From Mobula hypostoma (taxonomy: Eukaryota): a stretch of 64,000 nucleotides of DNA. The notes below the pieces were generated by a model. The model made no database searches. It was not told the DNA's origin and worked only from the letters and a program-made list of their open reading frames with translations. The translations under genes were made by a program, and so were the position numbers. Positions 11,493-24,669 of the stretch are shown in pieces (within the stretch, counting starts at the first letter, position 1; every line of letters begins with the position of its first letter). The stretch is from NCBI RefSeq assembly GCF_963921235.1, contig NC_086097.1, positions 62,064,001 through 62,128,000 on the forward strand, written 5' to 3'.

Positions 11493-14400
11493 TTTTCTGG
11501 ATTGAACTCTATCTGCTAGTTCTTTATGCAATTCTTCATTTTGTCTATATTCTGTTGAACCTATAACCTTCTACACTATCCACATCACCTTCAATCTTCA
11601 TATCATCTGTAAACTTGCTAACCCACTTCTTCATCCTAGTCATTTCTAAAAATCACAAGGAGCAGGGATCCCAGAACAGATCAACCACCTTCTAGGCAGA
11701 ATACTCTCCATCTATTACCACTTTCTTCTCTGGATAAGCCAATTCTGAATTAATGCAGCGAGGTCCCCATGAATCCCATGCCTCAAAACTTTCTAGGCAG
11801 GCTTACCAAGGGGAACCTTGTCAAATGCCTTACTAAAATCCATATACACTTCCATCACTACCTTCAACTTGTTTTATCACATTCTTGAAAAACTCAATTA
11901 GTCTTGTGTGGTGTGATCTATCCTTTATAAAGCCATATTGTCTACCCCTAATAAGAATATGATTATCCAAATGTTCATAAATCCTATCCCTAAGAATGCT
12001 CTCCAATAGTTTGCTCACAGTTGACATGACACTTTCAGCTGTATAATTCCAAGGATTATTCCTGTTACCCTTCTTGAACAACTTTTGTCATCCTCTGGTC
12101 TTCTGGTACCACGCATGGCCAGGAAGGATGCAAACATCATTGCAAATGCCCCAGCAAACTCTTTAATTTCCCAAAGTAACCTGGGGTATATCTCATCTGG
12201 CCCCTGTGACTAATTTTTCAGAAGCTCCAGTACTGCCTCCTCCTTAACCTTGACATGTCCTAGTACCTTAGCCTGTACCATGCTGATGTCGCATTCAAAA
12301 AGGTCACCATCCTGAGGGGACACTGACGCCAAATATTCTTAAAAATCTCTAAATTCTCTCCAGGAGCATGTTTTTCCCCTTCATTCCTGAGCATTCCTAA
12401 CTTCATTCTGGTCACCTTCTTCTTCACACACACTTGGGGGGGGGGGGTTCCTTAATCCTACTCACTAAGGCCTTCTCACGTCCCCTACAGACTCCATTCT
12501 CAAGTCCTTTCTTAAGTTCTTTCCTGGATACCTTACAACTCTCAAAATTCTTGCTTGATGTTAGCATCCTAAACACAAGTATGTTTCCTTATTCCTCTTG
12601 ATTAGGTGTTCTATATTTCTTCTCAACCATGGTTCCTTCACCTTACTATTATTTCTCTGTCTCAATGGGACAAACCTATCCAGAACTCCAAGCTTGTCTC
12701 CACTAAACAACCTGCACATTTTTGCTGTGCATTTCCCCGAGTACAATTTATAATCTGAAGTTGCTGCTTAATACCATCATAATTCACCTTTATCCAATTA
12801 AATACTTTTCCACATCATCTGCTCCTATCTTTGTCCATGGATCTGGTCAGGGAATTGAGATCACTACCTCCAAAATGCTTATCAACCAAGATGTCTGTCA
12901 CAGGTTAATTGTCTGGTACTAGATCCAGCATGCCCTCTCCTCTACTTGGCCTGCCTACATACTGCGTCAGGAATTCTTCCTAGACAAAGATAATAAATTC
13001 TGCCCTATCTAAACCTTTTGCTCTAAGGAGGTGGCAATCAATGTTAGGGAAACATGACAATAACCTTGTTATTTCTGCACCTTTCCATAATCTACCTCCT
13101 GATCTTCCCCTTGGTGTCACTGTTGAATATTGGGGTTCCATAGTATTCTTCCAATAGAGTGATTGCTCCCTTCCTGTTTCTGACTTCCACCCACACAGAT
13201 TCAGAAGATTATAACTCTGATGTCCTCTTTCTGCAGTTGTGATACCATTCCTGATCAGCAAGGCCATTCAACCCCCCCCCTTTTTTTTAAAAATCTTTCT
13301 CCCTATCCCTTTTGAAATATCTAAATCCTGGAACATCAAGTGGCCCATTCTGCTCTTGTGACAGCAAAGTCCCCATAATGACCAAGGCTTTGCAATTCCA
13401 CATACTGATCCACGTTCCAAACTCTTCGTCCTTATTCTTAATACTTCTTGCATTAAAGAGAACACATTTCAACCCATCTGAACAAGCCCAACCATATTTT
13501 TGCCTTATCCACTGCCTATTCTAGCTCAATCTCTCTGCCTATTGCGTCTACCTTTACAGCAATTGCTTCATCATCTGACCTAACGTTAATTCCCATTCCC
13601 CTGCCAACATAATTTAATCCTTCCCAATGGCTCTAGCAAATGTGGCTGCAAGGACATTGATCTCTCTTAAGTTCATGTCTATGCACCCCTTTTGTATAGG
13701 TCATACATTCCCTAGAAAGGATCCTAATGACACACAGTTCTGAAATTCTGTACCCTCAACTCAGAACTCAGCCACACATTCACCTGTCATATCTTTCTAT
13801 TCTTATCATCATTGGTGCATGGCACAGACAGAAGTCCAGCAAATGCTACCCTTGAGGTCCCACTACTCTTACTTCTTAGCCCACTATATTCCCTCTTCAG
13901 GACCTCATTCCTCATCCTATATTTTATTGACACTAAAGTGTACCACAATTTCCCTTTAAGAATGCTATAGACTTGGTCCAAGTCATCTCTGACCCTGGCT
14001 CCTCAGAGGCAAGATGCCTCCAGAGTTTCAGAGAGTCTTGCCATTGCCCCCAGAATCTGCTATCTGTTCCCCCAGTTGTTGAAACTCCTAACACCATTGC
14101 TCTCAACTTTCCCCCACTTTCCTTCTGAGCCACAGAGCCAGCCTCAGTGCCAGGGACCTGACTGCTCTGGCTTTCTATTGCTAGGTCATCCCCTCCCCAA
14201 CTCTATAATGATATACTTGTTACTTAGGAGAATGGCCACAGGGGTAACATGCACTGACTGCTTATTCCCTTTTCTGATGGTCACCCAGTTCCATTTGTCC
14301 TCCAACTTTATGTAACTGTCTCCCCGTGACTCTTGTCTACCAGTTCCTCAGCCTCCCAAATGATCCTGAGTTCATCCAGTACCATCCTCAGGTCCCTGAC

Positions 14401-16389
14401 GCAGTTTGTAAGAAGCTGCAGTCAGACATACTTCTTGCCAGACTAGTCATCTAGGACCCTGACATTGTACATCCTACAAAAGGAACATGCAGATAGCCCT
14501 GACAACTACTACTGCTCTAACTATGCAATAAGAAATAAGACAGACCAAAGGTGAATTTCACCTTAGTCTCTGCCTACCAAAATCTCCTGAACCAAAGCAA
14601 AATAAATAATAACGCAAAATAAATCATTATCTATTCTTACCTATGCAATCTCTACAAAGCCTTTTATTTTTTCCTAAAGAGCTGCTCTCACTCTTCATAC
14701 TCGGCCATTTATTCCACCTCTTCATGACAAAGTCTCAGCTCTCTACTTTAAGACAAGCCCGTTCCATCAATGGCCCCTCCACTTGACCCTAACTTCTTTT
14801 TATTGGCCGCTACCAATTAGTTATGCATCCAATCAATTAACAGCCAATAAGTTACAAATGGGCCTTTTTTAGTGCCCTGCTACATGTAACTTAGACTCGT
14901 CTCTTTACAAATCTCCTGCCTCTGGCTCCATTTCTTGGCTCCTGCTAGTTGAAACCTAGAGGTGGTAGATTTAGAGATCATATATGTCTTCAATGTCATA
15001 GAAATAAAAAAATTCCCATTGTTACATTGTGCAGTTTGGAAAGTTTGGTCTATGAACTCTCAGCTGCAAGCATGGAATGCTTCAAGCACTTGATTGTCAG
15101 GAGAAGGAATAAAGAAGGGCAAAATTGATAATGAATTGCATTTGCAAATACATAAGTGAAGAAAAGTTCCCTAAAACACAACTAGCATAAAATATTGAAT
15201 TTTGCAATTTTTGATGAAGAATAGCTTATCCACAGAACTACACAGCATTCTTTGTCACTACCTTTATGAGAAAAGGTAAAGGAGAAGAACTAGATATTTT
15301 TCTGGAAATTCCTGATCAAAGAGAAGAAAGCTATTGCTGGTGCGAAGGTGGATTACAACATGAAAATGGCTAATGAAGATTCAGACTTTTTCATAATTAA
15401 ACCACAGAATAACAAAAAATGCTGATAATCAGTCAACACAGGACGCAGCTTTAACAATATCAGACTCCAAAACAACTGGCTAAAATCGTCACTACTGCGG
15501 ACTCTGCCGCAGAGTCGGAGAGCCTTGAACAAGGTCAGCAATCACATTGCACATTGCAGCCAATTAGAGTATGTTATGGTTGTATTTTACTCCCTTCCTC
15601 CTACTTCAGTCTTGTTGAGCCTTGAATTATAGCACTGTGACACCAGTGTTCCCTGCTTAACTTTGTCCTTGTTCTGGGCAAGAAGATTACCGTTTAAGTT
15701 GACGCATAAAGGAGCGCTATTTATTTACTATTAAGTTACTGCTTCCGAGCCACAGTGTCAGCATTAGTTTACAGTTTGAGAGTTTCAGTTAATGGCCATG
15801 TTGACCTAGCATTTATTGTTTTTCCTTTTGTTCTGTACAGTTCTTCTTAAAATTCAGTGAACCATTCATCCACTTCAGTGTCTCTCCTTCTGCACGAGGG
15901 ACATACAGTCTGCATGACTCACCTATTAAAATGGACCCAATAGAGAAAGAACTACTGATCTTGGCACAGAATGTCATTGGGCAGGCAGGAGAGAAGCTAC
16001 AGGGTGGCTCGTGCACTGCAACAACTACTCACAGAGCAGCAAGCCCAGTGCAAACCACAGTTCGTGGGTCAGATGGAGAAGTTGAAGTTGCTGGAGTCTG
16101 GGTTGACAGAAATGGCTTGTGCAGTGCAAGAATTGCATTTAGAACGGCAACCAACAAGATCCATCTTTCCACTGAACCCTTCCAACTCGTGACAGAAGGT
16201 AACAGATCTCTCTTATGCTGTTGATTTGCCTCACCTGCCACTGGGGTTTGGCCTTCCCTTGTCATCTTAACAAAGCATTCGGATTGATTGGTCCCTAAAG
16301 CACTCCAAGACTGGAGCACTTTACTTGTCTTGGACTATCTCAAACCCTTGTCAGCATATCCTTTCATGTGCTAACTACCGGTCTGGACC

Positions 16390-19090
16390 TTTCTGGTTTT
16401 CTGGCTGAATATGCTGACCTTCTTGAGGACTTCAGTAAGAAGAAAGCCACCTCCCTGCCTCCACATCGACCATATGACTGTGCCACTGATCTCTTACATG
16501 GTATTAGTCCTCCCCAGAGCTAGTTCTTCTCCCTCCCTGGTGTTCATGGAAGGGTCCATCAAGGTGGTACTGGCTTTATGATTTATCCACATGTCAAACA
16601 TGCCAGAAGGAGCGGGATTATTTTTCGTGAGCAAGAAGGATGGCAAGCTCTGTCCCTGCATTGAGTACCATCCGCTCAAAAATATCACGGTGAAGAATTG
16701 CTGCTCTCTTGCTCTGCTTGCCTCTTCATTTGAACAAATCCAAGGAGCAACCATATTCTCCAAGATAGATCTGCACAAACTTACAGCCTGGTTCGTGTAC
16801 AAGAAGGGGATGAGAGGAAGACAGATTCACCACCTCTACTGACCACTATGAGTACCTCTTGATGCCTTTTGATCTGGCCAATGCCTCTACTAATTTTTCA
16901 GGCCCTATATGCTCCAGGACATGTTGAATCAGTTTGTTTTTGTGTATTTGAACAATTTTTTATCTATTCCTGCTCTCACCTGGAACACATCCCATATGTT
17001 CGGAGGATTTTCAGAGTGTTCTACAAGAAGGACCTTTATGCCAAACCAGAGAAGTGTGAGTTCTGCAAAGAACAGGTATCATTCTTGGGCTACATCCTCA
17101 CCATTTTGAGTATTCAAATGGACCCACGTAAAGAACAGGCAGTCATAGAGTGGCACAAGTCAAGCATGTGATGTGCGCATGGGGTTTGCAAACCTTTACT
17201 ACCGCATCATCAGAAACTTCAGTTCCATTGTGGCCCTGATAAATGCACACCAAGAAGACCTCTGCAGGATTCCTCTTGCAAGTGAAGCAGACCAAGCATT
17301 CTCAGAACTAAAGCAATGCTTCACCACTGCCTCAGTGCTGCAGCTTCCAGCCCCATCTCGTCCATTCATCATTGAGGTTGATACATCAGGTGTCGGCATT
17401 GGAGCTGAAATCCTCCAGAGCTTCAGTGGATAATTGCCTGCACCCCTGTGCTTTTCTTTTCCATCACTTGACTTCTGCCAAATGTAACTATGGTTTTAGA
17501 AACCAAGAACTTTAGGCTGTCAAACAGGCCCTGGAAACAAGGCAACACTGATTGGAGGGGGCAGAATCTCATTTCTGGAATGGACTCATCAGAAGAACAT
17601 CCCCTACGTTCTGGACATCAGGCAAATCCACTCCCGTTGAGCCCATTGGGTTCTTCTCTTCATCCAGCTTAATTTCATCGTCATCTACGATCCTGGCAGC
17701 AAGGATAGTAAGGCCGGTGCCCTCTCCCACAAGTTTGACATCCCTGAGGACAACATCAATCCAGAGCCCATTCTTCATTGCTCATGCATTGCTGCTCTGG
17801 TGATTTGGAGAATCAAATCAGGGGTAGTGCAGAGGGCTGCACAACAGTCAGATCCAGGGCCAGGTGGGGAGCCTCCCATCTACTGATTGTCCCTACAACT
17901 GCGTACCCCACAGCGTTGGAGTGTAGTCACCCTTCCTGTCCGGTTGGCCATATGAGAATTCAATGGACTCGTTATTTATGAAGAGACAATTTTGGTAGTC
18001 ATCTATGTCCCAAGACTTCATCTCCATTTGTGCTACTTGGGCCCAGAACAGGGTGTCACATCAGCACCTTGCAGATCTGCTCTGCCCGCTGCCTGTGCTT
18101 CACCACACCTAGTCCCCTCTCATCACTGCTCCCATCAGATGGAAACACCACCATTCTGGTGGTTGTGGACTGATTCTCCAAAGCCGCCCAAACCATTATT
18201 CTCTCAAGCTCCCATCGGCTCATATGATTGACACTCTCATGTTCAAGCTCCATGGCTTCCCTCAGGATGTAGCATCTGATTGACGATTACAGTTCACATC
18301 CTACTTGTAGAAGGCTTTCTGATCTCTTTTGGGAGCCACAGCCAGTCTCTCATCTGATTTCCACCTCCAATCTATTGACCAGACTGGAAGACTAAATGAG
18401 AAGCTGGAGACAATCCTGCGCAGCCTGATCTCTTCCAACCCCACCACCTGGAGCTCCCAATTGGTTTGGACAGAGATTGCCACAATAATCTCCAGTCATC
18501 CTCTACTGGCATGCCCCCCTTTGAATGGCAGAAGGGATGCCAGCCTCCACTCTTCCCTGACCAAGAGATTGACGCGGGTTTTCCTGCTGCTGAACTGTTG
18601 GTTCAAAACCAAAAGCACACACGGAGATGGGACAGGGCTTCTCTGCTTTGCACTCAGAAACAACATGCCTGGCAGGATGATCAGCTCTGCTGACGAGCGA
18701 GGCCTCTCAAGCCAGGGGAGAAAGTTTGGCTAGTGTCTGGAGATCTTCCTTTGAAAGTTGAGAGGTTCGAGTTGGCCCCACACTATGTGGGACCTTTTGT
18801 AAAGGAGAAGGCTATCAACAGAATCTCATATAGACTGCATCAATGAAGATTCACTCAGCGTGCCATGTTTCACTGCATAAAATGGTGCTTTTCTCTCCCC
18901 TTGCTCCAGTCACCACCCTCTCCCTTCACCCCGCTTAGTGGATGGGTCCCTGGTCTGCTCTGTGTGTCACGTCAAGGCTGTGGGGCAGAGTCCAGTGTCT
19001 CTTGGATTGATAGGGGTATGGCCCTGAGGAACGTCCATGGGTTCTGGCCCCAAGACATCCTGGGCAAGTTCTCATCCAGGATTTGGTCTC
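16390..19090 (+). pseudogene. Gypsy pol (RT-RNaseH-integrase-chromodomain), many frameshifts and stops
   Basis: ORF fragments 16591-16842, 16869-17171, 17173-17433 and 18329-18733 match pol motifs in the expected order. Confidence 0.85.
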
Positions 19091-19170
19091 TGGTAGCTCA
19101 GGAGCTGCACCTAGGAAGGGGTGCCCCACCACCACCACAAATTCTACCGTAGAGTCTGGGCACCTTCTCA

Positions 19171-20025
19171 GGCTACGTCCACAGTAGACCGGATAATTTT
19201 GAAAATGCCGGTTTTGCGTAAAAACGATAGGCGTTCACACCAGGCGTTTTTAAAAATATCTCCATCCACATTAGAATGGATATTTGGGTGAATCTTCTCC
19301 TACTGAGTATGTGCAGAACACACAGAAAACAAGCAAAGAGGAAACGGTATACTTGGTGTGCGTTTATCCAATTACAGACTAGAGAAACTTTAAAGGAATT
19401 GCTGTTGGCTCTAGCGGAGGAGGACTTAAAACTAAAAAAAAAACAGATTCTGGAGCGTATGGAGGAAACCAACAGGAAGTTCACGGACAGTATGACCCGG
19501 CTGACGACGAACATTGAAAAACTGACTAACTCTGTTGCATTAATAAAGCACCTTGCTAAATGTATAAACATGTCTGCATCAGTGTTATCTTGTATTTCTA
19601 TACAATGTTACACATCTATTGTTAGAGAAGTACTTGTATAAATAGGTAAACCACCTTCATACAAGCAAGGACAGAAAACAGGGCAAAGTTAGTATACTTA
19701 TTTATTTAGTAAGCTATGGGTTAAAGTAGTTGGTGAGTACATTTCTAACTCTTCTGGCTTCAGTCTCATTGCTGTCTGTTCTGAAATTGTTAGGTTGTGC
19801 ATTCAAGAAAACAATGAAATTCCGCGTTGCCGCCATCTGTTCCGGCACGTCATGACAGCATTTAAAAAAATATCTGTTTACCCCATCCACACTGTTCTGC
19901 ACATTCGGCGTTTCAGAAATCTCCGCTTTTGGGGGACAAAAATGCCGTTTCAGTGTGGATGGAGGGTCAAAGCGAAGAGAAAAAGCTTCGGTTATGGATT
20001 TATCTGGTCTAGTGTGGATGTAGCC
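19171..20025. mobile_element. PIF/Harbinger-like non-autonomous DNA transposon
   Basis: TIRs GGCTACGTCCACAGTAGACCGGATAA / TTATCTGGTCTAGTGTGGATGTAGCC; 3-bp flanks TCA/CCA; internal coiled-coil ORF remnant 19276-19641. Confidence 0.8.
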
Positions 20026-20399
20026 CCAGGCAGGCTGCTGAATGGAGCCAACAATCATGCTTATGAGTATGCATATTCCAGCCAATTAATGTTTCATTGT
20101 GGCTGCATTTAACTTCTTTAGTTGAATCAAATCTTGGCCAAAAGCACAGGGATGTCAATATTCCCTATTTACCTTTGTCCTTGCACTGGGAAAGAAGACT
20201 ACCATTTATATTGATGTTGTGAAAGAGTGGTATTTATTTATTATTAAGTTACTGCTTCCAAGCCACGGTGTCAATGTTTGCTTGCAGTTTGAGAGAGTTA
20301 GTTAACGGTCTTGTTGCTTAGCATTTATTATTTTTCCTTTTGCGCTGCAAAGTCCTTAATAAAATCTAGTGAACTACAATCTGTTGTCAAAAACATTAA

Positions 20400-20755
20400 A
20401 TAAAGAATATCAAATGCTCTTTAAACATTGGCAAAGGTGTTGAGGATGGTAACAGTCTTTTCCCAAGGGTAGAGGGGTCTGAAACCAGGGGGTATAGATG
20501 TAGGATAAGTGCAAAAAGATTTAAAAATGACCTTAAGGGCATCTTTTTCAAACAGAGGATGGTGAATATATGGAACAAGATGCCAAAGGAAGTGGTTGAG
20601 AAAAGATACACTAGTATTCTTCAAGATATAGGGAGGGAAGGGGCCTAGAGGTATATTGACCGACTGGGGAAATGGGGACTGGTTAGACTGACAGCATAAT
20701 TGGTATGTACTGGTTGGGCTGAAGCCATGCTGTATTGCATGGTAAATCTATGACA
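20400..20755 (+). mobile_element. CR1 3' fragment
   Basis: LFP.VEG..TRG..FF.QRMV..WN.MP-like C-terminus plus 3'UTR. Confidence 0.75.
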
Positions 20756-21614
20756 ATAAATGAACATTTTTAAAACATGTTAAACAGAATCTTATTGAAG
20801 AAGCACTCATTACAGTGCTGAAACACTGACATCAGTTTGGTCAGGGAAGGTATGCCTAAAGCTGAAGCATGGAGCTGTGATACAGTCCAAATAAACTTAC
20901 AGATAAATACTGTATACTACTATTAAACTGATGAATGTAAACTGATTTGTATCTAATTGTGTCTCAATTCTTGAATGATTGTTTCGATAACAATTTTCAA
21001 TATTTAATGGTATGTTTTTGATATATCTGCAATGAGAATCAGATTTGAAACATGATAGCAAAGATGAAAAATTAAAATAATATATTGGCATTATCTTTTG
21101 AATGGTAACACATTTGCAGTAGATTTATGTTCATTGAATTTTGAAATAAATGGTTGAGTACGTATCATACAATATGATCTGCAACTTCACCTTACTTACA
21201 AATAATTTATTTTAATATCTATTTTAATGGTAAACACAGTTTATCCCTAGTTCTGCAACTTCCATTTTCATTAACTTTTTTTTCCAGAATAACATAATTG
21301 GTTCCAAGTTCACAATAGTTTGCTTTGTTGAATCTGATCCAACAAAGACAGTAACTCATGTTTCAGAAGTGTCTCCCTAACAATTTTCCCTGTTGGTAGC
21401 AGTTCCTATTTCCCCCTTGGGACCCAGCAGCATATTAATTCTGGAGAGAGTAGAACTCGCATAACAAAGCATCTATTCACCAGCTCCAGGCACTAACATC
21501 CCCAACCCAGTTTGTCTTTATTCACAGCCAGTCATTCCTTCACTGGGGGTCTGGTTCATCTGAAAATTCCCAGTGTGATTGCTCTACAAATAAACCCCGC
21601 TTCTGTAACATAGA

Positions 21615-21839
21615 AGAAGAAGAAGAAGAAGAAAGCCATTAACTCCGACTGGAGTCATTGGGACGCCGTCATGACTGCGTTTTTTTTTTAGCAGGCTTTC
21701 TTATTTTTACGAGGCCGCATTGCTAGCTCGACGCTCAATCCAACACGGATGGAAAGCGTGCAAGGGAGCCGGCTGGATTCGAACTCTGGAGCCTTCGCTC
21801 CAAAGTCTGGCACTGATACAACTATGCCGCCAGCCGGCT
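21615..21839 (-). mobile_element. tRNA-derived SINE with (TTC)n tail
   Basis: A-box-like TGGCGGCATAGTTG (21832-21819), B box GTTCGAATCC (21784-21775), exact 14-bp TSD TTCTGTAACATAGA at 21601-21614 and 21840-21853. Confidence 0.9.
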
Positions 21840-22171
21840 TTCTGTAACATAGAGAGCTGCAGAAAGATCTCCAGCATTATGTAAATCATCTTAAGGGAAG
21901 GACTTGGTCCCGTTGACCTTCGAGACGGGGGAATTGCATATGCGTTAGATACCAAGTGAAAGGATGTTTATTATTATTTAAAATGAATACATTCAAACAT
22001 GATTTGAAATGCCGGTGGGCTGTAGCTACTGTATAGCTACTAATTTATTCAAACAGTGTTACTTTATGCAATTTTATGGCAGAAGCAACAAAGGTGCAAA
22101 ATGTATCAATTTAGCATAGCATTGATACATGCCCCGAGGATGCCTGCAAGGCAAATCATTTGACATAGAGG

Positions 22172-22322
22172 AGAAAATGCTAGAGATACTCAGCAAGTCA
22201 AGCCTGTGCAAGAGGAGAAGTTCAATGTTTTAGAATTTGTTCATGTGAAAGCCATTGACTTGAACATGAAATCACATTCTCCGCAGATGCTCCTGGATAT
22301 GCTGAGTGTTTCCAGTATTTGC
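22172..22322. mobile_element. Old fold-back PLE pLTR-derived element
   Basis: Inverted arms AAATGCTAGAGATACTCAGCA / TGCTGAGTGTTTCCAGTATTT related to the 56411-56631 family. Confidence 0.6.
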
Positions 22323-22554
22323 ATTTAGTTTACTTTGCTAAGAAATATAAATGGCTCAGTGACATTTCAGGGATTGCTGTGGGCCTCCAAAATTAATTTT
22401 TAGACCCTTTTCTTATATTAAAGTGAGTAACACTTATTTCAGTAAATAGCTAATTGTATAAATTTGACCCATTTTCTTAATTTAACTCTGAAATTTACTG
22501 TCTTGAACTTCTTCCTTTTTGTCACATTCACACCAATACATTCAGCATCATATT

Positions 22555-22935
22555 ACAGAAGTATCAGATCCCACACCACCAGGTTCAGGAACGGTTATTA
22601 CCTCTCAACCAATAGCTTTTGAACCAGAGGAGATAACTCCACTAAACTTCACTCACCCCAAAGCTAATCCCACAACCTATGAACTCACTTTCAAATAATC
22701 TTCATCTCATGTTTTTGATATTTATTGTTTATGTATTTATTATTATTATTAATTATTATTTTTCTTTTTGTATTTACAGTTGTTGTCTTTTGCATACTAG
22801 TTATTTCTTTGTCCTTGCTATGTGCAGCTTTTCATTGATTTTGTGTTTATTTGTACTTACTGTGAATGCCCACAAGGAAATTAATATCAGGGTCGTATAT
22901 GGTGACGTATATGTACTTTGACAACTTAAACTTTC
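22555..22935 (+). mobile_element. Rex1/Babar-like LINE 3' end
   Basis: HTTRFRNGYY.S-type C-terminus and 3'UTR similar to the other Rex1 tails. Confidence 0.6.
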
Positions 22936-23187
22936 CAAGATCAGCTAAGAATTCTCTGTGCAGCAAAGAACGCAAAAAGTGACTTTGCACATAACATGCA
23001 CCAGGTACAAAAGAGGCCTCACCAGCAGCAAATTTTCTACCACATAAGAGGCACAACTGATATTTAAACTTACAACTAGTGCAGGTGGTGTTACTCTATA
23101 TAATTATGATCTCAGTGTATGTTTGCATAATCTGCATGTAGTACTTAAAACAAAGGCGGAAATGCACCCAAATGGAGCCCAATTGTC

Positions 23188-23960
23188 GAAGGTTCAAAGG
23201 TTCATTTATTATTAAAGCGTAAAACTCCCGAAATTCTTCTTCTCCAGGTAACCATGAATCCAAGACAGAAAAGAATGGCAGCACAATCATCTACCAGAAA
23301 TCCCCCCACACTCCCCCATACACAAAAATGAACAAAAATGGAACAGGTACATCATCCCAAAAATCCCCCTCCTTCACACACAAAAAAGCAAGAAAGATAG
23401 GATGAAAAACACAGAATATATAAAAAAAAACTATAACAAGGAAAAAAAAGTCTACAGTCCAAGTCTATGTCCAAAACGCAGAAAACCTCAGTAACATTCT
23501 CTGAGCACAGTGGCATCCCTTTCCTTATCTGGCAGTGATCAAAAGACATTTTCCCCTCTCCATAGTAGAGCGTTCTCACCAGCGATCAAAAGGCAGTCTT
23601 CCCTCTCCCGCAGCAGCAATCAGAAGGCAGGCGGGCGGTGCACACCTCCTACATTTGCCTCAATGTTTCAATCTCTCTCGTCACCTTAATCCACAAACAA
23701 TTGAAGCTTTAATTGGCAACATGGAGTTGAACAGTGGCTCTCAGCCCGTTCACCACGAGATTCGCGTACACGGCCTCTGCCTCCTGGAATCCTCTCGCAG
23801 ACTGCAACCCTCCGGAACACCCAAATGGTCTCCAAACTGTCAAATCACAGGTTCCAACAGTTCCAGAATCACACTCAAGAAAAAAAATGTAAAAGACATA
23901 AAAAAGTGAAATATATGATTTCATGATCTAGATGGAAAATGTTGACAGAAGGAGCATTAT
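23188..23960 (-). mobile_element. Unclassified retroposon fragment with Rex1-like (AACCTTTG)n tail
   Basis: Minus-strand AATAAA plus TGAACCTTTGAACCTT tail at 23188-23215; body unclassified. Confidence 0.4.
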
Positions 23961-23962
23961 AT

Positions 23963-24669
23963 TGTTACACACCAGCAGCAATAGATATAAAATTGAGTCA
24001 GGTTTTTATGAATAAACAACAAAATTTATTAACCTCTACTCAAAAACATGGAACAGTAAACAAACGACTAACTGAAATGTTAACAGTGCTATGCATCTTT
24101 AGTTATCAAATAGTCAAACTTAAAGACAATTCTTAACAGATCTTACTCAAGCACAGTCTTAAGGTGGTAGTTCAAAGAGTCCAAGTGATTTATGAAATAA
24201 GTGAGAAGAAAGACTTCCCAAACCAGTGATGAAGAAAAGACAAAACTGCTAACGCAGATCCCAGCCAGGAAATGCCTTGTCCAAAGGGATCACAAAGAAT
24301 AAGATGTCTCACAGTGACTGACCTTTTGCCGGAGGTGGTCACCACACAACACCTGAGACCATGCAGGGGTTAACAAAAAGTGTGTGCCACAATACCCATA
24401 TGGACCATACCAAATGGCAATCACAGGACACCGTTGATTTCTTGGGTTCGTACGAAGCTGGTAATTCTTCACTCTCTCTCTCTCTCTGTCTCTCTCCTTG
24501 GATTACGTAACCACCGACTGTGACTCCCCAACAAAACAACTACACAACAAACTGTGGTCTCCCCTTTTATACCGGTGATATGATGTCACATGCCATCACG
24601 TGACATCATATCACCCCACTATCACGACAATTACATCATGCTCATGAGATACTAATGGGACAGGTAACA
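23963..24669 (-). mobile_element. Solo LTR (707 bp)
   Basis: TGTTAC...GTAACA termini, 4-bp flanks ATAT/GTAT, minus-strand TATAAAAG (about 24571-24564) and AATAAA (about 24029-24024). Confidence 0.8.

Larger units (their letters stand above)
8520..14950 (-). mobile_element. Older near-full-length CR1 LINE (5'UTR, ORF1, APE-RT, 3'UTR), interrupted by a young CR1 at 9232-11492
   Basis: Decayed esterase ORF1 (13933-14133, GVSTTGGTDSRF), APE start CVLFNARSIKNK (13472), RT fragments (11833-12081), C-terminal FKSHDVMLQLYKTLVR (9003-9230). Confidence 0.85.
15572..20390 (+). mobile_element. Degenerate Ty3/Gypsy chromovirus-type LTR retrotransposon
   Basis: Diverged direct repeats about 15645-15865 and 20157-20375; pol remnants [44 protein letters not shown], integrase, and GYGPEER.WV chromodomain near 19015-19045. 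Confidence 0.9.

Noticed and set aside
9309..11519. Long plus-strand ORFs (230, 134 and 98 aa)
   Set aside because: Antisense shadows of the CR1 RT ORF
15500..15516. 8-bp perfect palindrome (similar one at 14548-14564)
   Set aside because: Expected by chance at this window size
21770..21839. tRNA gene
   Set aside because: tRNA-like head of a SINE with body, tail and TSD
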